Source of the DNA: Trichechus inunguis | Taxonomy: Eukaryota | Reading direction: 5' to 3' | Assembly: GCA_046562895.1 (NCBI GenBank) | Contig: CM102154.1 | Coordinates: 28,077,733 to 28,141,732, forward strand | DNA length: 64,000 nucleotides | In this document: piece after piece, positions 62,854 through 64,000 of the stretch | Position numbering within the stretch: position 1 is the first letter of the stretch | Layout of the letters: each line of letters begins with the position of its first letter | Translations under genes and position numbers: made by a program | Notes under the pieces: model-generated | What the model saw: the letters and a program-made list of their open reading frames with translations, nothing else | What the model was told of the DNA's origin: nothing | The model's database searches: none

Positions 62854-64000
62854 TGATGAGCGACGCTTTGCGAGAGGGGGTTGGGGGTTGGGGTTTGGGG
62901 GCTGGGGGGGTGAGGGACGGCAATGAGAAAAGGAACGGTGTTTACTGCTTCGGACCCTACTCCTTTCCAGCGCCCCCTGACCTGCACTTCATTGACTACC
63001 AAATTAGTTTTGATACTAAAAGTAAATGTTTTCGGTTTCAGAGCTTTTTGAATTGGAGAGATGTGGGTAAGGTCTTGTGGGCCTGTAACAACTAACATTT
63101 AGAGTACCTGCTCTGTGCCAAGCACTAAGTACCTAATGTCATCAATTTAAATACCATTCATTGTAAGATACAAAAGAGGAAGACCCTCAAGGAGATGGAT
63201 TGACACAACGTCTGCAACAGTGGGCTTAAGTACAACTGCGAGGATGGCGCAGGCCAGGGCAGTGTTTCGTTCTGTTGTTCATGGGGTCGCTATGAGTCGC
63301 AGCCGACTGGACGGCACCTAACAACAACAACAAAGAAAAAACTCTTCGAATTAAACTATGATTCACTGTGAATATGTCATGGATTGTAGGATGCATATTG
63401 ATTTCTGAGATGTTATCATGTGATTCTTAGAATTGACGAGATATAGTTCTCTCTGTATATTATGTTCTTTAATGGATATAGGTCCGCCCTGTAAATGAGT
63501 TACTATTGTTATCATCCTCGGGATTTTACAGTTGGGGCAACTGAGGTGCAAAGAGATTAAATAATTTTTCCAGAGTTCTACAGCCAGAAAAGGCAGACCT
63601 GGGCTCTAAGCCAGGCAGAAAACCCCAGGGCCATTTTCCTGTTATCACATACTGCCTCAGGTCGTTTTACGATACCTATTTAGTTGTCACTGGGGCGCAA
63701 ATATGCAGAAGAAATAAGCGAGCTCTAGTGAAAAATAAATCGTGAGCCATATTGATAATGTAACATTGGGTTGGGTCAAGGAGATGGGTCCAGGGTTGCA
63801 AAAGAGAAAATTGTTTCCATATTTAAAGTCATGGGATAGTGAACTCATAAGAGCCCTGGGGCTCCTTTTTATTTCTCTTCATTTCTTGGGGAGTGTTTAC
63901 CCAGACTGTGTTAGAGCAAGGGTGTGGCGGTTGTTATTTCTTTGGTAACTTTTTTTTTTAAACTGTACTTTAGATGAAGGTTTACAGAACAAACTGGCTT

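Noticed and set aside
62178-63098. ORFs 62178-62609 (-), 62281-62517 (-), 62299-62508 (+), 62576-62923 (-), 62658-63095 (+) and 62748-63098 (-) across the RPPH1/PARP2 region
   Set aside because: They are GC-rich, stop-poor frames over a non-coding RNA gene and a CpG island. H1 RNA is non-coding. The PARP2 reading frame (ATG 62798, MAARRRR) differs from the 62658-63095 frame.
1-64000. Prompted expectation of a novel (prokaryote-style) biological system, operon, CRISPR array or defence island
   Set aside because: The window is mammalian nuclear DNA. It carries spliced genes with GT/AG introns, CpG-island promoters, L1/SINE/MIR repeats and a Pol III H1 gene. No CRISPR-like direct repeat-spacer array, operon structure or phage-like gene cluster is present. 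The interesting content is the gene/ncRNA block and the retroelement structures described above.

Overview
Mammalian (eukaryotic) genomic DNA with no prokaryotic content, so there are no operons, CRISPR arrays or defence islands to report. Dense tRNA-derived AfroSINE copies and lineage-typical L1 elements place it in an afrotherian genome (elephant-like). The window is the ortholog of the human 14q11.2 block TTC5 - CCNB1IP1 - (SNORD126) - RPPH1 - PARP2.

On the minus strand I can reconstruct:
(i) eight coding exons of TTC5 (ATG at 22954). The last coding exon lies beyond the left edge, behind about 13 kb of L1.
(ii) The complete 277-codon CDS of CCNB1IP1/HEI10 in three coding exons, plus two upstream non-coding exon/promoter candidates.
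(iii) A SNORD126-like C/D-box snoRNA in a CCNB1IP1 5'UTR intron.
(iv) RPPH1 (RNase P H1 RNA, about 336 nt) with a textbook type-3 Pol III promoter (octamer, PSE, TATA) and a T-run terminator.

On the plus strand, PARP2 exon 1 (MAARRRR...) starts about 240 bp from the RPPH1 TSS, head to head. This is the known bidirectional arrangement.

Roughly 40% of the window is interspersed repeat. There are six L1 copies (A-F), all on the plus strand. One is a full-length 8.9-kb L1 whose 5'UTR carries four tandem 243-bp monomers, and whose ORF2 holds a nested L1 3' fragment with a 15-bp TSD. Two younger copies keep clean TSDs. There is also a tandem L1 3'UTR doublet and a composite L1-3'-end unit present twice. 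More than 20 AfroSINE copies, several MIRs and some microsatellites make up the rest.

Most six-frame ORFs in the track are translations of L1 ORF1/ORF2 remnants, antisense L1, the 5'UTR monomers or GC-rich promoter DNA, not genes. Gene and exon calls rest on protein recall, not a database search.
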